A stretch of DNA of 10,013 nucleotides, from positions 1 through 10,013 of IMG/VR virus record IMGVR_UViG_2778261352_000004. The stretch is one strand, 5' to 3'. This document shows positions 1-6,979 of this stretch, piece after piece; position 1 is the stretch's first letter; the number at the start of each line of letters is the position of its first letter. The notes beneath the pieces were generated by a model. That model did not search any database. It saw only the letters and a list, made by a program, of their open reading frames with translations, and had not been told where the DNA came from. The translations under genes and the position numbers were made by a program. The stretch is from a virus (Duplodnaviria; Heunggongvirae; Uroviricota; Caudoviricetes).

Positions 1-2334
1 TCAGGTTGTCGCAGGGTCGTCACATTTTGGCAGCCAGTCGCCGTAGCTTTCCTCTTTCAGCGTCAGGTTGGTCTGTATCCCCTGTTTGGTATGGCGCTTC
101 TCGTAATTCAGCCCGTATTCCTTCAGCATCACCGGCAGCCCCAGCCCGAACATTTTCAGACTGAGTACATTCCGGTAGCCGTTTGCCTCCATGTAGGCCA
201 GATAGGCGTGATAGAGGTATTTACGGTAATTACGCGGGATGATACTGGCGTTCCCCATATACATGCCGCTGGTCTGCGGCAGGGTTTCCAGATAGCCGAT
301 AAAATCAAACATCGGGTCGGCATCCCGTTTGATGTTCAGTGCCTCGTCTGAGTTCTGCTGGGACTGAAGCAGTGACCGGGCGAGCATCGGGTCGCTGAAC
401 TTCTGCATCAGGTGACGCACGATGACCGCCAGCTCGCGGGTGATTTTGTCCTTAAGCTGCGGGTCGCGCTCCTGCGGGGCTATCTGTTCCGGGAAGTGAA
501 TAATCACCCGCCGGCGTGACACGCCGCCGCTGCGGTCGGTGAAGCGCATCGGGTTATTGTTCACGGCCAGAATCACCGCCGGGATGTGCGTGGAGTACGC
601 ATCCCGGTATTTCGGGTCAACGGACACCGCATCGCCGCCGGTGATGGCCTTGAGTCCGGCTCCGTCGCCGCTCCATTTTTCCTGGTCCGGCAGGCGTATC
701 AGTGAGAAGCCAGTTAACGCGGCACGTTCACGCGGGGATTCCAGCGTCTCGATGGTGGCCGACGTGGCGTTATCCTCCCCGGCCAGCAGGGTGGCTATTT
801 CGGCCATGATACTTTTGCCGCTGCCGCCGGGACCGGTCACCTCCAGAAAGAGCTGCCAGTCGTAGCGGTTTGCCAGCACCATAAACAGTGCGGCCAGAAT
901 CACGTCGCGTTTTTCCGCACGGCCACCGGCGGCACGGTCAAGCCAGCGCCAGAACGCGGGGGCGTGGGTTTCCAGCGTTTCCCCTTCCACCGGCGGGGTG
1001 AAATCCACATCGCACAGGGTGCGCATCCAGTGTGACGGACTGTGCGGGTGGAACGTGCCGTTCTGCGTGTCGAGCACGCCGTTACGAAAGCCAATCAGGC
1101 GGCGGGAGGGGGCTTCCTGCTGCGGAATAATCAGCTTCAGGGTGTCCACCACGGAGGCCACTTTCCCGGAGGAGAACGGCGCGCGCAGACGCTGAAACAG
1201 CCCGGCCACATCCCGGGCAAAGTCCTGTGGTGGCAGTACCTTCCAGACACCATTTTCATAGCGGGACAGAAGCTGGCCGTTGGCATCGACCGCGAGCGCC
1301 TCGCCGTAATGCTCATAGATACGCATGGCCTTTTCGCTGGTACTCATGGCGGAAAACTCCGCTTCGCTCATGGTGTCGAACGGGCTTTCAGCCGGTGGCC
1401 GGATGGCATCATAAATGGCCTTACGGGTGGCTTCCCCGCCGTACTGCGTGAAGGCATCATTCCAGTCACCGAAGACCGGCGGCAGGGCAACAACACCTTC
1501 ACACGCATCTGCGGCTGCGGCGGCTTTTTTCTGGCCGTCACCGCTGAGGTCACGGTCAGCAGCAAGGACAATCTGACAGGCCGGATGCTTCTGCCGGGCA
1601 AGGCTGGCCAGAGAAAGGAGGTTCACGGAAGAAAGCGCCACCATCACCGTTTCACCGGTCAGGTGATGCACGGTAAGTGCGGTCGCGTATCCCTCCGCTA
1701 TCCACAGACGTTTTCCGGCCTGATTCTGTCCTTCAAGGGTGTGACAGGTGCCCCTGACCTGTCCGCCTTTCAGGGTGCGCTTACGGCCGTCAGCACTGAT
1801 TAACTGAAGGTTAACCAGTTCGCCGCTGTCGTCATACAGTGGCACCACAAGGTCACCGGCGCACCAGCTCACGCCACCGGCTCTGTGTGTGCCGGTCAGC
1901 ATCCGGCATTCCCGGCCGGGAAAGCCCTTGCGGGTCAGGTAGGCGTTACCGGTTCCGGGACGGGTTTTTGCCATCAGGGTTTGTGCCAGTGCGGCGGCGT
2001 TCTTCCGGGCAGCGTCTGTTTCAGCGCCGGCGGCGGCCGTCACTGCCGGGTCAGCCGGGGGCAGGCTGCCGGTCACGGCAGCCACCTTTGCGGCCGCGTC
2101 GGACGGGGAAACACCAAACACCTTTTCAACCAGTTTCAGGCCGTCACCGGCACCACACTGATTGCAGTACCAGGTGCCGCGCCCCTCCCTGTCATCAAAA
2201 CGGAAGCGGTCACTCCCGCCACAGACCGGACAGGGCTGATGACGGTTCTTAAGCACCTGAATCCCCAGCGCCGGGAGAATACGCGGCCAGTGGCCGAGCG
2301 CATGGCTGACGGTGGCGGTTACGTTCATTTTCAT
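1..2334 (-). CDS. alpha: P4 alpha-type primase-helicase (origin-binding replication protein), 777 aa, complete
   Basis: N-terminal zinc-binding motif CPVCGG...WYCNQCG (nt 2155-2232); TOPRIM-like acidic residues in LWIAEGYATA...LAADRDLSGDG; Walker A GPGGSGKS (nt 811-834). SD AAGGAG 9 nt upstream of ATG at 2334; stop TGA at 1-3. Length equals recalled P4 alpha. Confidence 0.95.
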   Translation of the reverse strand: MKMNVTATVSHALGHWPRILPALGIQVLKNRHQPCPVCGGSDRFRFDDREGRGTWYCNQCGAGDGLKLVEKVFGVSPSDAAAKVAAVTGSLPPADPAVTAAAGAETDAARKNAAALAQTLMAKTRPGTGNAYLTRKGFPGRECRMLTGTHRAGGVSWCAGDLVVPLYDDSGELVNLQLISADGRKRTLKGGQVRGTCHTLEGQNQAGKRLWIAEGYATALTVHHLTGETVMVALSSVNLLSLASLARQKHPACQIVLAADRDLSGDGQKKAAAAADACEGVVALPPVFGDWNDAFTQYGGEATRKAIYDAIRPPAESPFDTMSEAEFSAMSTSEKAMRIYEHYGEALAVDANGQLLSRYENGVWKVLPPQDFARDVAGLFQRLRAPFSSGKVASVVDTLKLIIPQQEAPSRRLIGFRNGVLDTQNGTFHPHSPSHWMRTLCDVDFTPPVEGETLETHAPAFWRWLDRAAGGRAEKRDVILAALFMVLANRYDWQLFLEVTGPGGSGKSIMAEIATLLAGEDNATSATIETLESPRERAALTGFSLIRLPDQEKWSGDGAGLKAITGGDAVSVDPKYRDAYSTHIPAVILAVNNNPMRFTDRSGGVSRRRVIIHFPEQIAPQERDPQLKDKITRELAVIVRHLMQKFSDPMLARSLLQSQQNSDEALNIKRDADPMFDFIGYLETLPQTSGMYMGNASIIPRNYRKYLYHAYLAYMEANGYRNVLSLKMFGLGLPVMLKEYGLNYEKRHTKQGIQTNLTLKEESYGDWLPKCDDPATT

Positions 2335-2348
2335 GGTGTTGTTCTCCT

Positions 2349-2669
2349 TCAGTGCAGTACCGGCGCTTTTATGTGACGGGCACAGAGTTCATCCATCACA
2401 ACCAGCCCGAGAAAGGACAGCGACGGCGCGGCCTTCAGGGGGCCGGATTCCATTAAATCTTCCAGCAGGGCACAGGCTATCTGACGCCCTTTTTCCTCAC
2501 CGTGCTGGCGCAGATAAAAGCCTTCCAGCTCAGCGGCGATGGCCGCCTCCAGTGACTCAAGGGTAAGATGCGGGTAGCGGTGCTGACGTTCGCACACGGT
2601 CAGCCAGGCACAGGCGACAGCGCGACGGTAAAGGGCAGCGCGTAAGACGGGCGGTAAGGGTGTTTTCAT
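2349..2669 (-). CDS. conserved hypothetical protein, P4 orf106-like (106 aa), immediately upstream of alpha
   Basis: Strong SD GGGAGG 7 nt upstream of ATG; stop TGA overlaps the alpha SD region; same strand and operon as alpha. Size and position match recalled P4 orf106; no function inferable. Confidence 0.7.
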
Positions 2670-2750
2670 TTGCTTTCCTCCCTGTGACAGATGACTGCAT
2701 TCCGTGCCGGTTGCATTAACTGATAAGGCATATCTGCTTCTCCTGAAGAC

Positions 2751-2776
2751 GTGCGTATCCCTGCGCGAATACGCAC
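2751..2776. promoter_or_regulatory. 8-bp perfect inverted repeat (GTGCGTAT-N10-ATACGCAC) between the orf151-like and orf106-like genes; possible attenuator, terminator or protein-binding site
   Basis: Read directly: gtgcgtat 2751-2758, loop 2759-2768, atacgcac 2769-2776. On the plus strand it is followed by ATTTAATTTTT; on the coding (minus) strand there is no U-tract after it. Confidence 0.3.
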
Positions 2777-2804
2777 ATTTAATTTTTCGGGTGTCGTTTT
2801 TTAA

Positions 2805-3260
2805 TTACAGATAATTGCGGTAACTGTTATCCGGGGTGATTTCCGGGTCAGGCTCCGTGCGGGGAATTTCCCGCCATTCCCGCGCCACCGGTGCCGCCCG
2901 GCTGACCGGAACAGGGTCCTGCGGGTAAATATCCAGATATTTCTCCCGCCATTTCTGTAATTCCGGGTCTCCGGCCATTTCTTTCAGTACCGCATGCCGG
3001 TTTACGGGGCTGCGTTTAAACAGGTCAGGACGGTCACAGGTAAATTCCCGCAGAAAACGCCCCAGCGGGATGTCTGTGGTGCGCCCGTCGGCGAGGATAC
3101 GCACAAGGATACTGAATTTACGGCGGTACGGATTCCAGACAATGTCCGGGCAGCGGTACGGCATTTCCCACGGAATACCGTCTTCCAGAATGCCGACCAC
3201 GGCCACATCGGGAAAACCGGCAGAACGGTAAATCTCACCGGGCTGGGGAAAATCAAACAT
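2805..3260 (-). CDS. conserved hypothetical protein, P4 orf151-like (151 aa)
   Basis: ATG at 3260-3258 overlaps the last codons of the upstream 95-aa gene (stop TGA 3255-3253); stop TAA at 2807-2805. Same strand as alpha operon; size matches recalled P4 orf151. Confidence 0.7.
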   Translation of the reverse strand: MFDFPQPGEIYRSAGFPDVAVVGILEDGIPWEMPYRCPDIVWNPYRRKFSILVRILADGRTTDIPLGRFLREFTCDRPDLFKRSPVNRHAVLKEMAGDPELQKWREKYLDIYPQDPVPVSRAAPVAREWREIPRTEPDPEITPDNSYRNYL

Positions 3261-3540
3261 GCGTCCTGTCTCCCCGGTCTTTCTGCTGGGCGAGAAAATC
3301 GCGGCACAGGCCTTTGGCTTTCAGCTCATTCAGCACAAAATCAATATCTTCATTCAGGTAGCTGAAAATATGCGGAATGTAGAGCTGATGCAGGCCGGAG
3401 AGTTCACGGTGAATCAAATCACCCCCAACAAACTGGGATACGGCGCTGGCGCGGTTGAGCTTATGGTAAGCCTCAATGCTGAGGTGTTCACGGGCGTCAT
3501 GACGCGCTGAGACGGTCTGAGGGGCTTTTTTATTACGCAC
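3253..3540 (-). CDS. 95-aa left-operon protein; candidate epsilon-like (helper derepression) gene by position and size only
   Basis: GTG start at 3540-3538 preceded by strong SD GGAGGTG with about 6-nt spacing; in-frame ATGs further upstream lack any SD. Start overlaps the stop of the kil-position ORF and stop overlaps the orf151-like start. No motif recognised. Confidence 0.45.
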   Translation of the reverse strand: MRNKKAPQTVSARHDAREHLSIEAYHKLNRASAVSQFVGGDLIHRELSGLHQLYIPHIFSYLNEDIDFVLNELKAKGLCRDFLAQQKDRGDRTHV

Positions 3541-3730
3541 GGGACACCTCCACCACCGGCAGACGGGCAGCAAGGGAGAGCACATAGTCACGGACAAGGG
3601 AACGGCGGGCGCTGCGTTCATCACCGGCGACGGTGCGAAGCATACAGATACGGGGATGACGGTCTGCGCGACGGACAGCCGCAAACACAAAGACAAATTC
3701 AGGGTGTGAGGGGGTAAGGGTCGTAGCCAT
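3533..3730 (-). CDS. 65-aa first gene of the left (immunity-controlled) operon; kil-position small protein
   Basis: ATG at 3730-3728 with strong SD GGAGG 7 nt upstream (3742-3738); stop TAA 3535-3533. The same frame stays open upstream to 4168, so a longer nested form cannot be excluded. Confidence 0.45.
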   Translation of the reverse strand: MATTLTPSHPEFVFVFAAVRRADRHPRICMLRTVAGDERSARRSLVRDYVLSLAARLPVVEVSRA

Positions 3731-3802
3731 AAGGCAACCTCCGATAACAGCGTAAATGACGCTATCGCCGGAGTTCTCACGCTCGATGGCGATAGCCCAG
3801 AC

Positions 3803-3831
3803 GGGGGTGAGAATACCGGCGTTATCGGAAA
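3803..3831 (-). promoter_or_regulatory. antisense-type element in the immunity leader, complementary to two sense repeats (3995-4025 and 3741-3780)
   Basis: Minus-sense RNA here reads UUUCCGAUAACGCCGGUAUUCUCACCCCC. Its CCGAUAAC and UUCUCAC blocks are exact complements of GUUAUCGG and GUGAGAA, which occur in both flanking repeats; 13 of 15 contiguous nt pair with the copy abutting the kil-position SD. Confidence 0.3.
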
Positions 3832-3969
3832 CCGGCCAGCCCGGAGGCTGCCCCGCCTGAGCTACCATTGACTCAGTGGCATAACATGCGATTGCGAACA
3901 GGATCATACCTGCACGGCAAACCACACGCCACACCATAATCTGGTGCTCTGTGGCGTTGATTGCGACAC

Positions 3970-3991
3970 AAAAAAAGACGCATGGCGCGTC
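3970..3991 (-). terminator. Rho-independent terminator in the immunity leader (hairpin GACGC-GCCAU-GCGUC followed by U7)
   Basis: On the minus strand: 5-bp GC-rich stem (plus 3977-3981 / 3987-3991) immediately followed by seven T (plus-strand A-run 3970-3976). Lies about 130 nt downstream of the vis stop. Confidence 0.55.
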
Positions 3992-4047
3992 ATATGTCGC
4001 CGATAACATACTCGGGTTCTCACGCCCGGCTGCCGATTTTGCGGCAG
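3970..4047 (-). ncRNA. candidate small structured RNA (about 78 nt, promoter-to-terminator unit), possibly a P4 CI-like immunity RNA or leader
   Basis: Candidate sigma70 promoter just upstream (4055-4084), then a 7-bp hairpin GCUGCCG-N6-CGGCAGC (4029-4048), further short helices, and the intrinsic terminator at 3970-3991. Contains the sense repeat GUGAGAAC...GUUAUCGG. Confidence 0.3.
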
Positions 4048-4054
4048 CGGAAAA

Positions 4055-4084
4055 ACTATATCCGCAAATGCCGGAAAAAGGCAA
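4055..4084 (-). promoter_or_regulatory. candidate sigma70 promoter (P_LE-like): -35 TTGCCT, 18-bp spacer, -10 TATAGT, reading leftward
   Basis: Read directly on the minus strand: TTGCCT at plus 4084-4079, TATAGT at plus 4060-4055. Motif match only; no expression data. Confidence 0.3.
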
Positions 4085-4119
4085 GCCAGAAAAAGGGAGT
4101 TTTTGCAGAGCGGGCATCA

Positions 4120-4386
4120 TCATGCGTCGTACCCCCGTTTGCGTCCGGCAATGCGTCCGGCCATCCATGCGGTGACTTCAGAGTGCAGCCAGGCCACATT
4201 TTTACCGCCAAGACTCACCTGCGGCGGAAATTCCCCCTTACGGATGAGTTCATAGATGGTCGAGCGTGACAGGCCGCACAGGTGCATCACTTCCGGCAGA
4301 CGTAAAAAACGCTCCTGCGTGATGTCCGGCAGCGGCATCAGTGGCGTCACAGGGGCGGGAGACGGGGAAGAAAAAACAGCTTGCAT
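4120..4386 (-). CDS. vis: Vis/AlpA-family DNA-binding regulator (excisionase-like), 88 aa; P4 orf88/vis equivalent
   Basis: Protein carries the AlpA-family signature region FLRLPEV...[17 protein letters not shown]...[21 protein letters not shown] 5 nt upstream of ATG at 4386; stop TGA 4122-4120. Confidence 0.9.
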   Translation of the reverse strand: MQAVFSSPSPAPVTPLMPLPDITQERFLRLPEVMHLCGLSRSTIYELIRKGEFPPQVSLGGKNVAWLHSEVTAWMAGRIAGRKRGYDA

Positions 4387-4488
4387 CGGGCTACCTCGTT
4401 AATGTCCATACAGCACCGGATAAGTCCGTCCGGCTTCGGGTAGCGCTTTATTTTGTGAATATTTTTGGCAGACGCAACAGGGGGGATT

Positions 4489-4506
4489 TGTTCCGGCAGC
4501 CTTACA
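4489..4506. promoter_or_regulatory. TGT-N12-ACA dyad upstream of vis; candidate Delta/Ogr activator site of the leftward late promoter (P_LL-like)
   Basis: Read directly: TGT 4489-4491, 12-nt spacer, ACA 4504-4506; a TGT-N11-ACA near-copy lies at 4512-4528. The consensus is recalled from P2/P4 late promoters. Confidence 0.4.
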
Positions 4507-4664
4507 ATGGCTGTGCATTTTTTGTACATCAGCGCCAGATAGCTTTAAAACGCTCTGGAAGGAGCTGGAAAAAATTATAGTGAAATACAAATTGTTTTTT
4601 CTTATTTATTTCAGTGAATTAATAAAAATAAAAAGTAATAAACAGCACAAAAAGCCCATCAACG

Positions 4665-4769
4665 GGTGAACAGTGGTGAACAGACGGTGAACAGTCATTA
4701 CTGCGATTGTTCACCCTTTAACTTATTGTATTACTTATCTTTTTTCTTATGGTGAACAGAGGTGAACAG
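4665..4769. repeat. origin-like iteron cluster: five direct GGTGAACAG copies plus one inverted TGTTCACC, inside an AT-rich tract (candidate ori, alpha-binding type I iterons)
   Basis: Copies at 4665-4673, 4675-4683, 4686-4694, 4751-4759 and 4761-4769, with inverted TGTTCACC at 4708-4715. Flanked by very AT-rich sequence from about 4575 to 4800. The octamer TGTTCACC is recalled as the P4 alpha-binding iteron. Confidence 0.7.
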
Positions 4770-4847
4770 TAAAATATAAAAAAACAAACAGTAAGCCGGT
4801 TTTTCCTGCGACCTTTTCCTGGCTTGCCGGTCTGAGGATGAGTCTCC

Positions 4848-4865
4848 TGTGTCAGGGCTGGCACA
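4848..4865. promoter_or_regulatory. TGT-N12-ACA dyad about 75-90 nt upstream of sid; candidate Delta/Ogr-activated P_sid promoter element
   Basis: Read directly: TGT 4848-4850, 12-nt spacer, ACA 4863-4865, placed where a -55-centred activator site for a start near 4910 would sit. Confidence 0.45.
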
Positions 4866-4937
4866 TCTGCAATGCGTCGTGTTGTTGTCCGGTGTACGTC
4901 ACAATTTTCTTAACCTGAAGTGACGAGGAGCCGGAAA

Positions 4938-5672
4938 ATGTCTGACAACACCATCCCTGAATATCTGCAACCCGCACTGGCACAACTGGAAAAGGCCAGA
5001 GTCGCTCATCTTGAGAACGCCCGCCTGATGGATGAGACCGTCACGGCCATTGAACGGGCAGAGCAGGAAAAAAATGCGCTGACGCAGGCCGACGGAAACG
5101 ATGATGACGACTGGCGCACGGCCTTTCGTGCAGCCGGTGGTGTCCTGAGCGACGAGCTGAAACAGCGCCACATTGAGCGCGTGGCACGCCGGGAGCTGGT
5201 ACAGGAATATGACAATCTGGCCGTGGTGCTGAATTTTGAACGTGAACGCCTGAAAGGGGCGTGTGACAGCACGGCCACCGCCTACCGGAAGGCACATCAT
5301 CATCTTCTGAGTCTGTATGCAGAGCATGAGCTGGAACACGCCCTGAATGAAACCTGTGAGGCGCTTGTCCGGGCAATGCATCTGAGCATCCTGGTACAGG
5401 AAAATCCGCTCGCCAACACCACCGGCCATCAGGGCTATGTCGCACCGGAAAAGGCTGTCATGCAGCAGGTGAAATCATCGCTGGAACAGAAAATTAAACA
5501 GATGCAAATCAGCCTCACCGGTGAGCCGGTTCTCCGGCTGACCGGACTGTCAGCGGCAACACTTCCGCACATGGATTATGAGGTGGCAGGCACACCGGCA
5601 CAGCGCAAGGTGTGGCAGGACAAAATAGACCAGCAGGGAGCAGTGCTTAAGGCCAGAGGACTGCTGTCATGA
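4938..5672 (+). CDS. sid: Sid, capsid size-determination (external scaffold) protein, 244 aa
   Basis: ATG at 4938 with SD GAGGAG 8 nt upstream; the GTG at 4920 in the ORF track has no SD. N-terminus MSDNTIPEYLQPALAQLEK; stop TGA overlaps the delta start in an ATGA junction (5669-5672). Length matches recalled P4 Sid. Confidence 0.92.
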   Translation: MSDNTIPEYLQPALAQLEKARVAHLENARLMDETVTAIERAEQEKNALTQADGNDDDDWRTAFRAAGGVLSDELKQRHIERVARRELVQEYDNLAVVLNFERERLKGACDSTATAYRKAHHHLLSLYAEHELEHALNETCEALVRAMHLSILVQENPLANTTGHQGYVAPEKAVMQQVKSSLEQKIKQMQISLTGEPVLRLTGLSAATLPHMDYEVAGTPAQRKVWQDKIDQQGAVLKARGLLS

Positions 5673-6169
5673 TTTACTGCCCGTCGTGTGGACATGTTGC
5701 TCACACCCGTCGCGCACATTTCATGGACGATGGCACCAAGATAATGATTGCACAGTGCCGGAATATTTATTGCTCTGCGACATTTGAAGCGAGTGAAAGC
5801 TTTTTCTCTGACTGTAAAGATTCAGGAATGGAATACATTTCAGGCAAACAGAGATACCGCGATTCACTGACGTCAGCCTCCGGCAGTATGAAACGCCCGA
5901 AAAGAATGCTTGTTACCGGATATTGTTGTCGGAGATGTAAAGGCCTTGCACTGTCAAGAACATCGCGACGTCTGTCTCAGGAAGTCACCGAGCGTTTTTA
6001 TGTGTGCACGGATCCGGGCTGTGGTCTGGTGTTTAAAACGCTTCAGACCATCACCCGCTTCATTGTCCGCCCGGTCACGCCGGACGAACTGGCAGAACGC
6101 CTGCATGAAAAACAGGAACTGCCGCCAGTACGGTTAAAAACACAATCATATTCGCTGCGTCTGGAATGA
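5669..6169 (+). CDS. delta: Delta, Ogr-family zinc-finger late-gene transcriptional activator (tandem Ogr-like domains), 166 aa
   Basis: Two Cys-cluster halves (CPSCG...CRNIYC and CCRRC...CTDPGC) typical of duplicated Ogr-like zinc fingers; translationally coupled to sid; length matches recalled P4 Delta. Confidence 0.92.
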   Translation: MIYCPSCGHVAHTRRAHFMDDGTKIMIAQCRNIYCSATFEASESFFSDCKDSGMEYISGKQRYRDSLTSASGSMKRPKRMLVTGYCCRRCKGLALSRTSRRLSQEVTERFYVCTDPGCGLVFKTLQTITRFIVRPVTPDELAERLHEKQELPPVRLKTQSYSLRLE

Positions 6170-6242
6170 GGGCTGCCGGTTAACACCGGCCGTCGCCGCA
6201 CACCGTATTTTTATTCTTCAGCATGATGAGAAAGAGATAACG

Positions 6243-6815
6243 ATGGAAAGCACAGCCTTACAGCAGGCCTTTGACACCTGTCAGAATAACAAAGCAGCAT
6301 GGCTGCAACGCAAAAATGAGCTGGCAGCGGCCGAACAGGAATATCTGCGGCTTCTGTCAGGAGAAGGCAGAAACGTCAGTCGCCTGGACGAATTACGCAA
6401 TATTATCGAAGTCAGAAAATGGCAGGTGAATCAGGCCGCCGGTCGTTATATTCGTTCGCATGAAGCCGTTCAGCACATCAGCATCCGCGACCGGCTGAAT
6501 GATTTTATGCAGCAGCACGGCACAGCACTGGCGGCGGCACTGGCACCGGAGCTGATGGGCTACAGTGAGCTGACGGCCATTGCCCGAAACTGTGCCATAC
6601 AGCGTGCCACAGATGCCCTGCGTGAAGCCCTTCTGTCCTGGCTTGCGAAGGGTGAAAAAATTAATTATTCCGTACAGGATAGCGACATTTTAACGGCCAT
6701 CGGATTCAGGCCTGACGCGGCTTCGGTGGATGACAGCCGTGAAAAATTCACTCCTGCGCAGAACATGATTTTTTCGCGTAAAAGTGCGCAACTGGCATCA
6801 CGTCAGTCTGTGTAA
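6243..6815 (+). CDS. psu: Psu, polarity suppression protein (Rho antagonist / capsid decoration), 190 aa
   Basis: Position after delta and about 165 bp before cos; length matches recalled P4 Psu; N-terminus MESTALQQAFDTCQNNKAAWLQRKNELAAAEQEY. Confidence 0.9.
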   Translation: MESTALQQAFDTCQNNKAAWLQRKNELAAAEQEYLRLLSGEGRNVSRLDELRNIIEVRKWQVNQAAGRYIRSHEAVQHISIRDRLNDFMQQHGTALAAALAPELMGYSELTAIARNCAIQRATDALREALLSWLAKGEKINYSVQDSDILTAIGFRPDAASVDDSREKFTPAQNMIFSRKSAQLASRQSV

Positions 6816-6845
6816 AATTCCCCGAAAATCCGCCCGTTTTTACTG

Positions 6846-6890
6846 AAAAAAGCCATGCATCGATAAGGTGCATGGCTTTGCATGCGTTTT
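6846..6890 (+). terminator. candidate intrinsic terminator of the sid-delta-psu operon (9-bp stem AGCCATGCA/TGCATGGCT, 9-nt loop, T-rich tail)
   Basis: Stem 6851-6859 / 6869-6877, followed by TTGCATGCGTTTT; an A-run precedes it, so it may act in both directions. Confidence 0.45.
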
Positions 6891-6979
6891 CCTGCCTCAT
6901 TTTCTGCAGACCGCGCCATTCCCGGCGCAGCCTGAGCGTGACTGTGCAACTGCATTAAAACCGCCCTGCAAAGCGGGCG

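Noticed and set aside
539-2376. Plus-strand ORFs of 108, 65, 253, 74, 137 and 163 aa overlapping the alpha gene (also minus-strand ORFs at 900-1094 and 1368-1601 in other frames)
   Set aside because: All lie entirely inside the 777-aa alpha ORF in GC-rich DNA where long spurious frames are expected; none has a convincing SD or recognisable protein motif.
2994-3510. ORFs at 2994-3365 (+), 3002-3307 (-) and 3259-3510 (+) overlapping the orf151-like and 95-aa genes
   Set aside because: They conflict with the minus-strand operon organisation, which is supported by SDs and coupled stop/start junctions, and they lack their own RBS.
3951-4269. Plus-strand ORFs (74 and 102 aa) across the immunity leader and vis
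   Set aside because: They overlap vis and the structured leader on the opposite strand with no RBS; the region is better explained as regulatory RNA and promoter.
4341-4590. Small ORFs (79, 60 and 63 aa) in the vis-sid intergenic region
   Set aside because: The region contains promoter dyads and the start of the AT-rich origin; the ORFs have no SD and low-complexity translations.
4665-4769. Possibility that the GGTGAACAG repeats are a CRISPR array
   Set aside because: The repeat unit is only 9 nt with 1-50 nt irregular spacers and includes an inverted copy; this fits replication-origin iterons, not CRISPR repeats.
4920-4937. GTG at 4920 as the sid start (as in the ORF track)
   Set aside because: No SD upstream of it, whereas the ATG at 4938 has GAGGAG at ideal spacing and gives the 244-aa length recalled for P4 Sid.
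4899-5445. Minus-strand ORFs (176, 90 and 134 aa) overlapping sid
   Set aside because: Antisense shadow ORFs within a well-supported sid gene; Arg/Ser/Pro-rich low-complexity translations typical of non-coding frames.
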